From: Laetmonice hystrix
Lineage: Eukaryota
Assembly (NCBI GenBank): GCA_965235115.1
Contig: OZ249440.1
Coordinates: forward strand, 32,056,001-32,120,000
Reading direction: 5' to 3'
Length of the DNA stretch: 64,000 nucleotides
The notes beneath the pieces were generated by a model, which was given only the letters and a program-made list of their open reading frames with translations, was not told where the DNA came from and did not search any database. A program made the translations under genes and the position numbers. Within the stretch, counting starts at the first letter, position 1. Every line of letters begins with the position of its first letter. Below are positions 1 to 13,205 of this stretch, piece by piece.

Positions 1-3000
1 CAGCCACAGCATGTGGATTGGGAAGGGGATGAGATGTCGGCTAAGTGTTTGGAGGGAATGTCTGAAGACCAATCAGTCATGTCAGGGATTGGGAAGGGGG
101 ATATAGGATTGGTTGGAGGTAGTAGTATAGAAGAAAAACGAAAAATAGTCCCAAAAAATCAAAAGAAAAAAAATGAAACAAAAGTTTGTGGGTAATGGAT
201 GTCGCAGTACTTAGATATGTCTGCTGGGTGTTTATATCAAGGTTAATTTGATTTCGCTGTACTGGAGCGTCACTCTGGGTGGTTGGAGGTGGTAGTATAG
301 AAGAAAAGGGGAAAATACCCAAAAAATCACAAAAGAAAACAATGAAAAAAAGTTTGTGGGTGTTGACCCTTCAGATGAAATATCTGCACTGTGTCACGAC
401 GCCACCCCTGCACACATGTAATTCTTGTCTTGTTGTAACTGAATGACTATAGTAAAAATCAACAATGATGAATTTGGTTGAGTGGTTAGAGGTAATGTCT
501 TACGGCCAGACAGCCGTATCATGGGGATTAGGAAGAGGGGAAGGTGTTGGCTGAGTCGTTCGGGATAATGTCTAAAGGCCAGTCGGCCATATCATGGAGA
601 TTGTGAAGGGATGAAGGTGTTGGCTGAGTGTTTCGGGGTAATGTCTGAGGGCCAGTCAGCCATATCATGGGGATTGGGAAGAGGGAGGGTGTTGGCTGAG
701 TGGTTCGGGGTAATGTCTAAGGGCCAGTCAGCCATATCATGGGGATTGGGAAGAGGGAGGCTGTTGGCTGAGTGGTTCGGGGTAATGTCTGAGGGACAGT
801 CAGCCATATCATAGGGATTGAGAAGAGAGGGGTGTTGGCTGGGTGGTTCGGGGTAATGTCTGAGGACCAGTCAGCCATATCATGGGGATTGGGAAGGGGG
901 AGGGTGGTGGCTGAGTGGTTCCGGGTAATGTCTAAGGGCCAGTCAGCCATATCATGGGGATTGGGAAGAGGGAGGGTGTTGGCTGAGTGGTTCGAGGTAA
1001 TGTCTAAGGGCCAGCCAGCCATATCTTGGGGATTGGGAAGAGGGAGGCTGTTGGCTGAGTGGTTCGGGGTAATGTCTGAGGGCCAGTCAGCCATATCATG
1101 GGAATTGGGAAGAGGGAGGGTGTTGGCTGAGTGGTTCGGGGTAATGTCTCAGGGACAGTCAGCCATATCATGAGGATTGGAAAGAGGGAGGGTGTTGGCC
1201 GAGTGGTTCGGGGTAATGTCTGAGGGCCAGTCAGCCATATTATGGGGATTGGGAAGAGCGAGGGTGTTGGCTGAGTGGTTTGGGGTAATGTCTGAGGGCC
1301 AGTCAGCCATATTATGGGGATTGGGAAGGGGGAGGGTGTTGGCTGAGTGGTTTGGGGTAATGTCTGATGGCCAATCAGCCATATCATGGGGATTGGGAAG
1401 ATGGAGGATGTTGGCTGAGTGGTTCGGGGTAATGTCTGAGGGCCAGTCAGCCATATCATGGGGATTGGGAAGAGGGAGGGTGTTGGCTGAGTGGTTCGGG
1501 GTAAAGTCTGAGGGCCAGTCAGCCATATCATGGGGATTGGGAAGAGGGAGGGTGTTGGCTGAGTGGTTCGGGGTAATGGCTGAGGGACAGTCAGCCATAT
1601 CATGGGGATTGGGAAGAGGGAGGGTGTTGGCTGGGTGGTTCGGGGTAATGTCTGAGGGCCAGTCAGCCATATCATGGGGATTGGGAAGAGGGAGGATGTT
1701 GGCTGAGTGGTTCGGGGTAAAGTCTGAGGGCCAGTCAGCCATATCATGGGGATTGGGAAGAGGGAGGGTGTTGGCTGAGTGGTTCGGGGTAATGGCTGAG
1801 GGACAGTCAGCCATATCATGGGGATTGGGAAGAGGGAGGGTGTTGGCTGGGTGGTTCGGGTTAATGTCTGAGGGCCAGTCAGCCATATCATGGGGATTGG
1901 GAAGGGGAAGGGTGTTGGCTGAGTGGTTCGGGGTAATGTCTGAGGGCCAATCAGCCATATCATGGGGATTGGGAAGGGGGAGGGTGTTGGCTGAGTGGTT
2001 CGGGATAATGTCTGAGGGCCAGTCAGCCATATCATGAGGATTGGGAAGAGGGAGGGTGTTGGCTGAGTGGTTCGGGGTAATGTCTGAGGGCCCGTCAGCC
2101 ATATCATGGGGATTGGGAAGAGGGAGGGTGTTGGCTGAGTGGTTCGGGGTAATGTCTAAGGGCCAGTCAGCCATATCATGGGGATTGCGTAGAGGGAGGG
2201 TGTTGGCTGAGTGGTTGGGAGTAATGTCTGAGGGTCAGTCAGCCATATCATGGGGATTGGGAAGAGGGAGGGTGTTGGCTGAGTGGTTAGGGGTAACATC
2301 TGAGGGCCTGTCAACCATATCATTAGGATTGGAAAGAGGGGGGAAGGTGTTGGCTGAGTGGTTAGGGTTAACGTCACATGGCCAGTTAGCCATATTATAG
2401 GGGTTCGGAATTCGAGTCATCTTATCATCATTTATGATCATTGTCATTCCCCGTGGGGCCCGGGGAACAATAGGCCCCATTCGTTTCATCACCCTGTGGG
2501 AGTGAGTGTGGGGAAGGTGTTGGTTGTGTGGTTAGAGGTAATGTCTGAGGGCCAGACAGCCACAGCATGTGGATTGGGAAGGGGATGAGATGTCGGCTAA
2601 GTGTTTGGAGGGAATGTCTGAAGACCAATTAGTCATGTCAGGGATTGGGAAGGGGGTATAGGATTGGTTGGAGGTGGTAGTATAGAAGAAAAACGAAAAT
2701 AGCCCTAAAAAATCAAAAGAGAAAAAAATGAAACAAAAGTTTGTGGGTAATGGATGTCGCAGTACTGAGATATGTCTGCTAGGTGTTTATATCAAGGTTA
2801 ATTTGATTTCGCTGTACTGGAGCGTCACTCTGGGTGGTTGGAGGTGGTAGTATAGAAGAAAAGGGGAAAAATACCCAAAAAATCACAAAAGAAAACAATG
2901 AAAAAAAGTTTGTTGGTGTTGACCCTTCAGATGAAATATCTGCACTGTGTTACGACGCCACCCCTGCACACATGTAATTCTTGTCTTGTTGTAACTGAAT

Positions 3001-6000
3001 GACTGTAGTAAAAATCAACAATGATGAATTTGGTTGAGTGGTTAGAGGTAATGTCTTACGGCCAGACAGCCGTATCATGGGGATTAGGAAGAGGGGAAGG
3101 TGTTGGCTGAGTCGTTCGGGATAATGTCTAAAGGCCAGTCGGCCATATCATGGAGATTGTGAAGGGATGAAGGTGTTGGCTGAGTGTTTCGGGGTAATGT
3201 CTGAGGGCCAGTCAGCCATATCATGGGGATTGGGAAGAGGGAGGGTGTTGGCTGAGTGGTTCGGGGTAATGTCTAAGGGCCAGTCAGCCATATCATGGGG
3301 ATTGGGAAGAGGGAGGCTGTTGGCTGAGTGGTTCGGGGTAATGTCTGAGGGACAGTCAGCCATATCATGGGGATTGGGAAGAGGGGGGTGTTGGCTGGGT
3401 GGTTCGGGGTAATGTCTGAGGACCAGTCAGCCATATCATGGGGGTTGGAAAGGGGGAGGGTGGTGGCTGAGTGGTTCCGGGTAATGTCTAAGGGCCAGTC
3501 AGCCATATCATGGGGATTGGGAAGAGGGAGGGTGTTGGCTGAGTGGTTCGAGGTAATGTCTAAGGGCCAGCCAGCCATATCTTGGGGATTGGGAAGAGGG
3601 AGGGTGTTGGCTGAGTGGTTCGGGGTAATGTCTGAGGGCCAGTCAGCCATATCATGGGGATTGGGAAGAGGGAGGGTGTTGGCTGGGTGGTAAGGGGTAA
3701 TGTCTGAGGGCCAGTCAGCCATATTATGGGGATTGGGAAGAGGGAGGGTGTTGGCTGAGTGGTTCGGGGTAATGACTGAGGGCCAGTCAGCCATATCATG
3801 GGGATTGGGAAGAGGGAGGGTGTTGCCTGAGTGGTTAGGGGTAACATCTGAGGGCCAGTCAACCATATCATTGGGATTGGAAAGAGGGGGGAAGGTGTTG
3901 GCTGAGTGGTTAGGGTTAACGTCACATGGCCAGTTAGCCATATTATAGGGGTTCGGAATTCGAGTCATCTTATCATCATTTATGATCATTGTCATTCCCC
4001 GTGGGGCCCGGGGAACAATAGGCCCCATTCGTTTCATCACCCTGTGGGAGTGAGTGTGGGGAAGGTTTTGGTTGTGTGGTTAGAGGTAATGTCTGAGAGC
4101 CAGACAGCCACAGCATGTGGATTGGGAAGGGGTTGAGATGTCGGCTAAGTGTTTGGAGGGAATGTCTGAAGACCAATCAGTCATGTCAGGGATTGGGAAG
4201 GGGGATATAGGATTGGTTGGAGGTAGTAGTATAGAAGAAAAACGAAAAATAGTCCCAAAAAATCAAAAGAAAAAAAATGAAACAAAAGTTTGTGGGTAAT
4301 GGATGTCGCAGTACTTAGATATGTCTGCTGGGTGTTTATATCAAGGTTAATTTGATTTCGCTGTACTGGAGCGTCACTCTGGGTGGTTGGAGGTGGTAGT
4401 ATAGAAGAAAAGGGGAAAATACCCAAAAAATCACAAAAGAAAACAATGAAAAAAAGTTTGTGGGTGTTGACCCTTCAGATGAAATATCTGCACTGTGTCA
4501 CGACGCCACCCCTGCACACATGTAATTCTTGTCTTGTTGTAACTGAATGACTATAGTAAAAATCAACAATGATGAATTTGGTTGAGTGGTTAGAGGTAAT
4601 GTCTTAGGGCCAGACAGCCGTGTCATGGGGATTAGGAAGAGGGGAAGGTGTTGGCTGAGTCGTTCGGGATAATGTCTTAAGGTCAGTCGGCCATATCATG
4701 GAGATTGTGAAGGGATAAAGTTGTTGGCTGAGTGGTTCGGGGTAATGTCTGAGGGCCAGTCAGCCATATCATGAGGATTGGGAAGGGGGAGGGTGTTGGC
4801 TGAGTGGTTCGGGGTAATGTCTAAGGGCCAGTCAGCCATATCATGGGGATTGGGAATAGGGAGGGTGTTGGCTGAGTGGTTCGGGGTAATGTCTAAGGGC
4901 CAGTCAGCCATATCATGGGAATTGGGAAGAGGGAGGGTGTTGGCTGAGTGGTTCGGGGTAATGTCTCAGGGACAGTCAGCCATATCATGAGGATTGGAAA
5001 GAGGGAGGGTGTTGGCCGAGTGGTTCGGGGTAATGTCTGAGGGCCAGTCAGCCATATTATGGGGATTGGGAAGAGGGAGGGTGTTGGCTGAGTGGTTCGG
5101 GGTAATGTCTGAGGGACAGTCAGCCATATCATGGGAATTGGAAAGAGGGAGGGTGTTGGCTGAGTGGTTCGGGGTAATGTCTCAGGGACAGTCAGCCATA
5201 TCATGGGGATTGGGAAGAGGGAGGGTGTTGGCTGGGTGTTTCGGGGTAATGTCTGAGGGCCAGTCAGCCATATTATGGGGATTGGGAAGGGGGAGGGTGT
5301 TGGCTGAGTGGTTTGGGGTAATGTCTGATGGCCAATCAGCCATATCATGGGGATTGGGAAGAGGGAGGATGTTGGCTGAGTGGTTCGGGGTAATGTCTGA
5401 GGGCCAGTCAGCCATATCATGGGGATTGGGAAGAGGGAGGGTGTTGGCTGAGTGGTTCGGGGTAAAGTCTGAGGGCCAGTCAGCCATATCATGGGGATTG
5501 GGAAGAGGGAGGGTGTTGGCTGAGTGGTTCGGGGTAATGGCTGAGGGACAGTCAGCCATATCATGGGGATTGGGAAGAGGGAGGGTGTTGGCTGGGTGGT
5601 TCGGGGTAATGTCTGAGGGCCAGTCAGCCATATCATGGGGATTGGGAAGGGGAAGGGTGTTGGCTGAGTGGTTCGGGGTAATGTCTGAGGGCCAATCAGC
5701 CATATCATGGGGATTGGGAAGGGGGAGGGTGTTGGCTGAGTGGTTCGGGATAATGTCTGAGGGCTAGTCAGCCATATCATGAGGATTGGGAAGAGGGAGG
5801 GTGTTGGCTGAGTGGTTCGGGGTAATGTCTGAGGGCCCGTCAGCCATATCATGGGGATTGGGAAGAGGGAGGGTGTTGGCTGAGTGGTTCGGGGTAATGT
5901 CTAAGGGCCAGTCAGCCATATCATGGGGATTGCGTAGAGGGAGGGTGTTGGCTGAGTGGTTGGGAGTAATGTCTGAGGGTCAGTCAGCCATATCATGGGG

Positions 6001-9000
6001 ATTGGGAAGAGGGAGGGTGTTGGCTGAGTGGTTAGGGGTAACATCTGAGGGCCAGTCAACCATATCAATGGGATTGGAAAGAGGGGGGAAGGTGTTGGCT
6101 GAGTGGTTAGGGTTAACGTCACATGGCCAGTTAGCCATATTATAGGGGTTCGGAATTCGAGTCATCTTATCATCATTTATGATCATTGTCATTCCCCGTG
6201 GGGCCCGGGGAACAATAGGCCCCATTCGTTTCATCACCCTGTGGGAGTGAGTGTGGGGAAGGTGTTGGTTGTGTGGTTAGAGGTAATGTCTGAGGGCCAG
6301 ACAGCCACAGCATGTGGATTGGGAAGGGGATGAGATGTCGGCTAAGTGTCTGAAGACCAATTAGTCATGTCAGGGATTGGGAAGGGCGTATAGGATTGGT
6401 TTAAGGTGGTAGTATAGAAAAAAAACGAAAAATAGCCCCAAAAAATCAAAAGAGAAAAAAATGAAACAAAAGTTTGTGGGTAATGGATGTCGCAGTACTG
6501 AGATATGTCTGCTGGGTGTTTATATCAAGGTTAATTTGACTTCGCTGTACTGGAGCGTCACTCTGGGTGGTTGGAGGTAGTAGTATAGAAGAAAAGGGGA
6601 AACATACCCAAAAAATCACAAAAGAAAACAATTAAAAAAAGTTTGTTGGTGTTGACCCTTCAGATGAAATATCTGCACTGTGTTACGACGCCACCCCTGC
6701 ACACATGTAATTCTTGTCTTGTTGTAACTGAATGACTGTAGTAAAAATCAACAATGATGAATTTGGTTGAGTGGTTAGAGGTAATGTCTTAGGGCCAGAC
6801 AGCCCTATCATGGGGATTAGGAAGAGGGGAAGGTGTTGGCTGAGTCGTTCGGGATAATGTCTAAAGGCCAGTCGGCCATATCATGGAGATTGTGAAGGGA
6901 TAAAGTTGTTGGCTGAGTGGTTCGGGGTAATGTCTAAGGGCCAGTCAGCCATATCATGGGGATTGGGAAGAGGGAGGGTGTTGGCTGAGTGGTTCGGGGT
7001 AATGTCTGAGGGACAGTCAGCCATATCATGAGGATTGGGAAGAGGGAGGGTGTTGGCTGAGTGGTTCGGGGTAGTGACTCAGGGCCAGTCAGCCATATCA
7101 TGGGGATTGGGAAGAGGGAGGGTGTTGCCTGAGTGGTTCGGGGTAGTGACTCAGGGCCAGTCAGCCATATCATGGGGATTGGGAAGAGGGAGGGTGTTGC
7201 CTGAGTGGTTAGGGGTAACATCTGAGGGCCAGTCAACCTTATCATTGGGATTGGAAAGAGGGGGGAAGGTGTTGGCTGAGTGGTTAGGGTTAACGTCACA
7301 TGGCCAGTTAGCCATATTATAGGGGTTCGGAATTCGAGTCATCTTATCATCATTTATGATCATTGTCATTCCCCGTGGGGCCCGGGGAACAATAGGCCCC
7401 ATTCGTTTCATCACCCTGTGGGAGTAAGTGTGGGGAAGGTGTTAGTTGTGTGGTTAGAGGTAATGTCTGAGGGCCAGACAGCCACAGCATGTGGATTGGG
7501 AAGGGGATGAGATGTCGGCTAAGTGTTTGGAGGGAATGTCTGAAGACCAATTAGTCATGTCAGGGATTGGGAAGGGCGTATAGGATTGGTTGGAGGTGGT
7601 AGTATAGAAAAAAAAACGAAAAATAGCCCAAAAAAATCAAAAGAGAAAAAAATGAAACAAAAGTTTGTGGGTAATGGATGTCGCAGTACTGAGATATGTC
7701 TGCTGGGTGTTTATATCAAGGTTAATTTGACTTCGCTGTACTGGAGCGTCACTCTGGGTGGTTGGAGGTGGTAGTATAGAAGAAAAGGGGAAACATACCC
7801 AAAAAATCACAAAAGAAAACAATGAAAAAAAGTTTGTTGGTGTTGACCCTTCAGATGAAATATCTGCACTGTGTTACGACGCCACCCCTGCACACATGTA
7901 ATTCTTGTCTTGTTGTAACTGAATGACTGTAGTAAAAATCAACAATGATGAATTTGGGTGAGTGGTTAGAGGTAATGTCTTAGGGCCAGACAGCCGTATC
8001 ATAGGGATTAGGAAGAGGGGAAGGTGTTGGCTGAGTCGTTCGGGATAATGTCTAAAGGCCAGTCGGCCATATCATGGAGATTGTGAAGGGATGAAGGTGT
8101 TGGCTGAGTGTTTCGGGGTAATGTCTGAGGGCCAGTCAGCCATATCATGGGGATTGGGAAGAGGGAGGGTGTTGGCTGAGTGGTTCGGGGTAATGTCTAA
8201 GGGCCAGTCAGCCATATCATGGGGATTGGGAAGAGGGAGGCTGTTGGCTGAGTGGTTCGGGGTAATGTCTGAGGGACAGTCAGCCATATCATGGGGATTG
8301 AGAAGAGGGGGGTGTTGGCTGGGTGGTTCGGGGTAATGTCTGAGGACCAGTCAGCCATATCATGGGGATTGGGAAGGGGGAGGGTGGTGGCTTAGTGGTT
8401 CCGGGTAATGTCTAAGGGCCAGTCAGCCATATCATGGGGATTGGGAAGAGGGAGGGTGTTGGCTGAGTGGTTCGAGGTAATGTCTAAGGGCCAGCCAGCC
8501 ATATCATGGGGATTGGGAAGAGGGAGGCTGTTGGCTGAGTGGTTCGGGGTAATGTCTGAGGGCCAGTCAGCCATATCATGAGGATTGGGAAGAGGGAGGG
8601 TGTTGGCTGAGTGGTTCGGGGTAATGTCTGAGGGCCAGTCAGCCATATCATGGGGATTGGGAAGAGGGAGGGTGTTGGCTGGGTGGTAAGGGGTAATGTC
8701 TGAGGGCCAGTCAGCCATATTATGGGGATTGGGAAGAGGGAGGGTGTTGGCTGAGTGGTTCGGGGTAATGTCTGAGGGCCAGTCAGCCATATCATGGGGA
8801 TTGGGAAGAGGGAGGGTGTTGGCTGAGTGGTTCGGGGTAATGTCTAAGGGCCAGTCAGCCATATCATGGGGATTGGGAAGAGGGAGGGTGTTGGCTGAGT
8901 GGTTCGGGGTAATGTCTGAGGGCCAGTCAGCCATATCATGGGGATTGGGAAGAGGGAGGGTGTTGGCTGGGTGGTTCGGGGTAATGTCTGAGGGCTAGTC

Positions 9001-12000
9001 AGCAATATCATGGGGATTGGGAAGAGGGAGGGTGTTGGCTGGGTGGTTCCGGGTAATGTCTAATGGCCAGTCAGCCATATCATGGGGATTGGGAAGAGGG
9101 AGGGTGTTGGCTGAGTGGTTCGGGGTAATGTCTGAGGGCCAGTCAGCCATATCATGGGGATTGGGAAGAGGGAGGGTGTTGTCTGAGTGGTTAGGGGTAA
9201 CATCTGAGGGCCACTCAACCATATCATTGGGATTGGAAAGAGGGGGGAAGATGTTGGCTGAGTGGTTAGGGTTAACGTCACATGGCCAGTTAGCCATATT
9301 ATAGGGGTTTGGAATTCGAGTCATCTTATCATCATTTATGATCATTGTCATTCCCCGTGGGGCCCGGGGAACAATAGGCCCCATTCGTTTCATCACCCTG
9401 TGGGAGTGAGTGTGGGGAAGGTGTTAGTTGTGTGGTTAGAGGTAATGTCTGAGGGCCAGACAGCCACAGCATGTGGATTGGGAAGGGGATGGGATGTCGG
9501 CTAAGTGTTTGGAGGGAATGTCTGAAGACCAATTAGTCATGTCAGGGATTGGGAAGGGCGTATAGGATTGGTTGGAGGTGGTAGTATAGAAAAAAAAACG
9601 AAAAATAGCCCAAAAAAATCAAAAGAGAAAAAAATGAAACAAAAGTTTGTGGGTAATGGATGTCGCAGTACTGAGATATGTCTGCTGGGTGTTTATATCA
9701 AGGTTAATTTGACTTCGCTGTACTGGAGCGTCACTCTGGGTGGTTGGAGGTGGTAGTATAGAAGAAAAGGGGAAACATACCCAAAAAATCACAAAAGAAA
9801 ACAATGAAAAAAAGTTTGTTGGTGTTGACCCTTCAGATGAAATATCTGCACTGTGTTACGACGCCACCCCTGCACACATGTAATTCTTGTCTTGTTGTAA
9901 CTGAATGACTGTAGTAAAAATCAACAATGATCAATTTGGTTGAGTGGTTAGAGGTAATGTCTTAGGGCCAGACAGCCGTATCATGGGGATTAGGAAGAGG
10001 GGAAGGTGTTGGCTGAGTCGTTCGGGATAATGTCTAAAGGCCAGTCGGCCATATCATGGAGATTGTGAAGGGATGAAGGTGTTGGCTGAGTGTTTCGGGG
10101 TAATGTCTGAGGGCCAGTCAGCCATATCATGGGGATTGGGAAGAGGGAGGGTGTTGGCTGAGTGGTTCGGGGTAATGTCTAAGGGCCAGTCAGCCATATC
10201 ATGGGGATTGGGAAGAGGGAGGCTGTTGGCTGAGTGGTTCGGGGTAATGTCTGAGGGACAGTCAGCCATATCATGGGGATTGAGAAGAGGGGGGTGTTGG
10301 CTGGGTGGTTCGGGGTAATGTCTGAGGACCAGTCAGCCATATCATGGGGATTGGGAAGGGGGAGGGTGGTGGCTGAGTGGTTCCGGGTAATGTCTAAGGG
10401 CCAGTCAGCCATATCATGGGGATTGGGAAGAGGGAGGGTGTTGGCTGAGTGGTTCGAGGTAATGTCTAAGGGCCAGCCAGCCATATCATGGGGATTGGGA
10501 AGAGGGAGGCTGTTGGCTGAGTGGTTCGGGGTAATGTCTGAGGGCCAGTCAGCCATATCATGAGGATTGGGAAGAGGGAGGGTGTTGGCTGAGTGGTTCG
10601 GGGTAATGTCTGAGGGCCAGTCAGCCATATCATGGGGATTGGGAAGAGGGAGGGTGTTGGCTGGGTGGTAAGGGGTAATGTCTGAGGGCCAGTCAGCCAT
10701 ATTATGGGGATTGGGAAGAGGGAGGGTGTTGGCTGAGTGGTTCGGGGTAATGACTGAGGGCCAGTCAGCCATATCATGGGGATTGGGAAGAGGGAGGGTG
10801 TTGCCTGAGTGGTTAGGTGTAACATCTGAGGGCCAGTCAACCATATCATTGGGATTGGAAAGAGGGGGGAAGGTGTTGGCTGAGTGGTTAGGGTTAACGT
10901 CACATGGCCAGTTAGCCATATTATAGGGGTTCGGAATTCGAGTCATCTTATCATCATTTATGATCATTGTCATTCCCCGTGGGGCCCGGGGAACAATAGG
11001 CCCCATTCGTTTCATCACCCTGTGGGAGTGAGTGTGGGGAAGGTTTTGGTTGTGTGGTTAGAGGTAATGTCTGAGGGCCAGACAGCCACAGCATGTGGAT
11101 TGGGAAGGGGATGAGATGTCGGCTAAGTGTTTGGAGGGAATGTCTGAAGACCAATTAGTCATGTCAGGGATTGGGAAGGGGGTATAGGATTGGTTGGAGG
11201 TGGTAGTATAGAAGAAAAACGAAAATAGCCCCAAAAAATCAAAAGAGAAAAAAATGAAACAAAAGTTTGTGGGTAATGGATGTCGCAGTACTGAGATATG
11301 TCTGCTAGGTGTTTATATCAAGGTTAATTTGATTTCGCTGTACTGGAGCGTCACTCTGGGTGGTTGGAGGTGGTAGTATAGAAGAAAAGGGGAAAAATAC
11401 CCAAAAAATCACAAAAGAAAACAATGAAAAAAAGTTTGTTGGTGTTGACCCTTCAGATGAAATATCTGCACTGTGTTACGACGCCACCCCTGCACACATG
11501 TAATTCTTGTCTTGTTGTAACTGAATGACTGTAGTAAAAATCAACAATGATGAATTTGATTGAGTGGTTAGAGGTAATGTCTTAGGGCGACAGCCGTATC
11601 ATGGGGATTAGGAAGAGGGGAAGGTGTTGGCTGAGTCGTTCGGGATAATGTCTAAAGGCCAGTCGGCCATATCATGGAGATTGTGAAGGGATGAATGTGT
11701 TGGCTGAGTGTTTCGGGGTAATGTCTGAGGGCCAGTCAGCCATATCATGGGGATTGGGAAGAGGGAGGGTGTTGGCTGAGTGGTTCGGGGTAATGTCTAA
11801 GGGCCAGTCAGCCATATCATGGGGATTGGGAAGAGGGAGGGTGTTGGCTGGGTGGTTCGGGGTAATGTCTGAGGGCTAGTCAGCAATATCATGGGGATTG
11901 GGAAGGGGGAGGGTGTTGGCTGGGTGGTTCCGGGTAATGTCTAAGGGCCAGTCAGCCATATCATGGGGATTGGGAAGAGGGAGGGTGTTGGCTGAGTGGT

Positions 12001-12808
12001 TCGGGGTAATGTCTGAGGGCCAGTCAGCCATATCATGGGGATTGGGAAGAGGGAGGGTGTTGTCTGAGTAGTTAGGGGTAACATCTGAGGGCCACTCAAC
12101 CATATCATTGGGATTGGAAAGAGGGGGGAAGATGTTGGCTGAGTGGTTAGGGTTAACGTCACATGGCCAGTTAGCCATATTATAGGGGTTTGGAATTCGA
12201 GTCATCTTATCATCATTTATGATCATTGTCATTCCCCGTGGGGCCCGGGGAACAATAGGCCCCATTCGTTTCATCACCCTGTGGGAGTGAGTGTGGGGAA
12301 GATGTTAGTTGTGTGGTTAGAGGTAATGTCTGAGGGCCAGATAGACACAGCATGTGGATTGGGAAGGGGATGAGATGTCGGCTAAGTGTTTGGAGGGAAT
12401 GTCTGAAGACCAACCAGTCATGTCAGGGATTGGGAAGGGGGATATAGGATTGGTTGGAGGTAGTAGTATAGAAGAAAAACGAAAAATAGTCCCAAAAAAT
12501 CAAAAGAGAAAAAAATGAAACAAAAGTTTGTGGGTAATGGATGTTGCAGTACTTAGATATGTCTGCTGGGTGTTTATATCAAGGTTAATTTGATTTCGCT
12601 GTACTGGAGCGTCACTCTGGGTGGTTGGAGGTGGTAGTATAGAAGAAAAGGGGAAAATACCCAAAAAATCACAAAAGAAAACAATGAAAAAAAGTTTGTG
12701 GGTGTTGACCCTTCAGATGAAATATCTGCACTGTGTCACGACGCCACCCCTGCACACATGTAATTCTTGTCTTGTTGTAACTGAATGACTATAGTAAAAA
12801 TCAACAAT
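1..12808. repeat. Higher-order tandem array: constant block (~0.6 kb) plus variable 72-bp minisatellite per unit; open at left edge
   Basis: Marker GTAAAAATCAACAAT recurs at 452, 3008, 4556, 6741, 7932, 9914, 11534, 12794, giving units of 2556, 1548, 2185, 1191, 1982, 1620, 1260 bp; differences are near multiples of 72. Array stops abruptly after TCAACAAT at 12808. Confidence 0.97.
476..2400. repeat. Largest 72-bp minisatellite sub-array (others ~3032-3950, 4578-6145, 6764-7322, 7955-9304, 9937-10926, 11557-12185)
   Basis: Consensus TTGGCTGAGTGGTTCGGGGTAATGTCTGAGGGCCAGTCAGCCATATCATGGGGATTGGGAAGAGGGAGGGTG; 24-aa periodicity in ORF track; roughly 110 monomers in total (estimate). Confidence 0.97.
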
Positions 12809-12952
12809 AGGCCGTGAGCCAACCCATAAAAAGTCGCCTTAAAATAAATTTTCGTTCCCCTATCAGGGGCACTACCTATTTTTGCTACATTTCTATATCC
12901 AACAACATAAGTAACCCAGATTTAAAAGTTCTCCAATAAATATTCAGCAGTT

Positions 12953-13205
12953 TTTATGCAAATTGAGGTCAAAGGTCATGTTATTGAGGTCAAAGGTCAT
13001 GGTACGGGAACAGCCCTATGGGGCTGTGCATAAATGACGTCATGCTTTTTTGGGCAATTTAGGGGCTTTTTTGGGCCATTTTTGTGTCATTTTTGTGCAA
13101 ATTTATGCACATTGAGGTCAAAGGTCATGTTATTGAGGTCAAAGGTCATGGTACGGGGAACAGCCGTATGCGGCTGTCCATCAATGACGTCATGCTTTTT
13201 TGGGC
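12953..13205. repeat. 150-bp tandem duplication with AGGTCAAAGGTCA motifs, overlapping a MITE end
   Basis: TTGAGGTCAAAGGTCATGTTATTGAGGTCAAAGGTCATGGTACGGG...ATGACGTCATGCTTTTT present twice at offset ~150. Confidence 0.85.

Noticed and set aside
592..12413. Long repetitive ORFs on both strands (MADWPSDITPNH..., GRVLAEWFGV..., MIWLTGPQT...)
   Set aside because: The 72-bp monomer is a multiple of 3 and stop-free in three frames; stops and 1-bp indels occur freely, so there is no sign of coding constraint.
1..12808. CRISPR-like constant/variable alternation
   Set aside because: Variable parts are tandem monomers rather than unique spacers, the scale is wrong, there are no cas genes and the context is eukaryotic.
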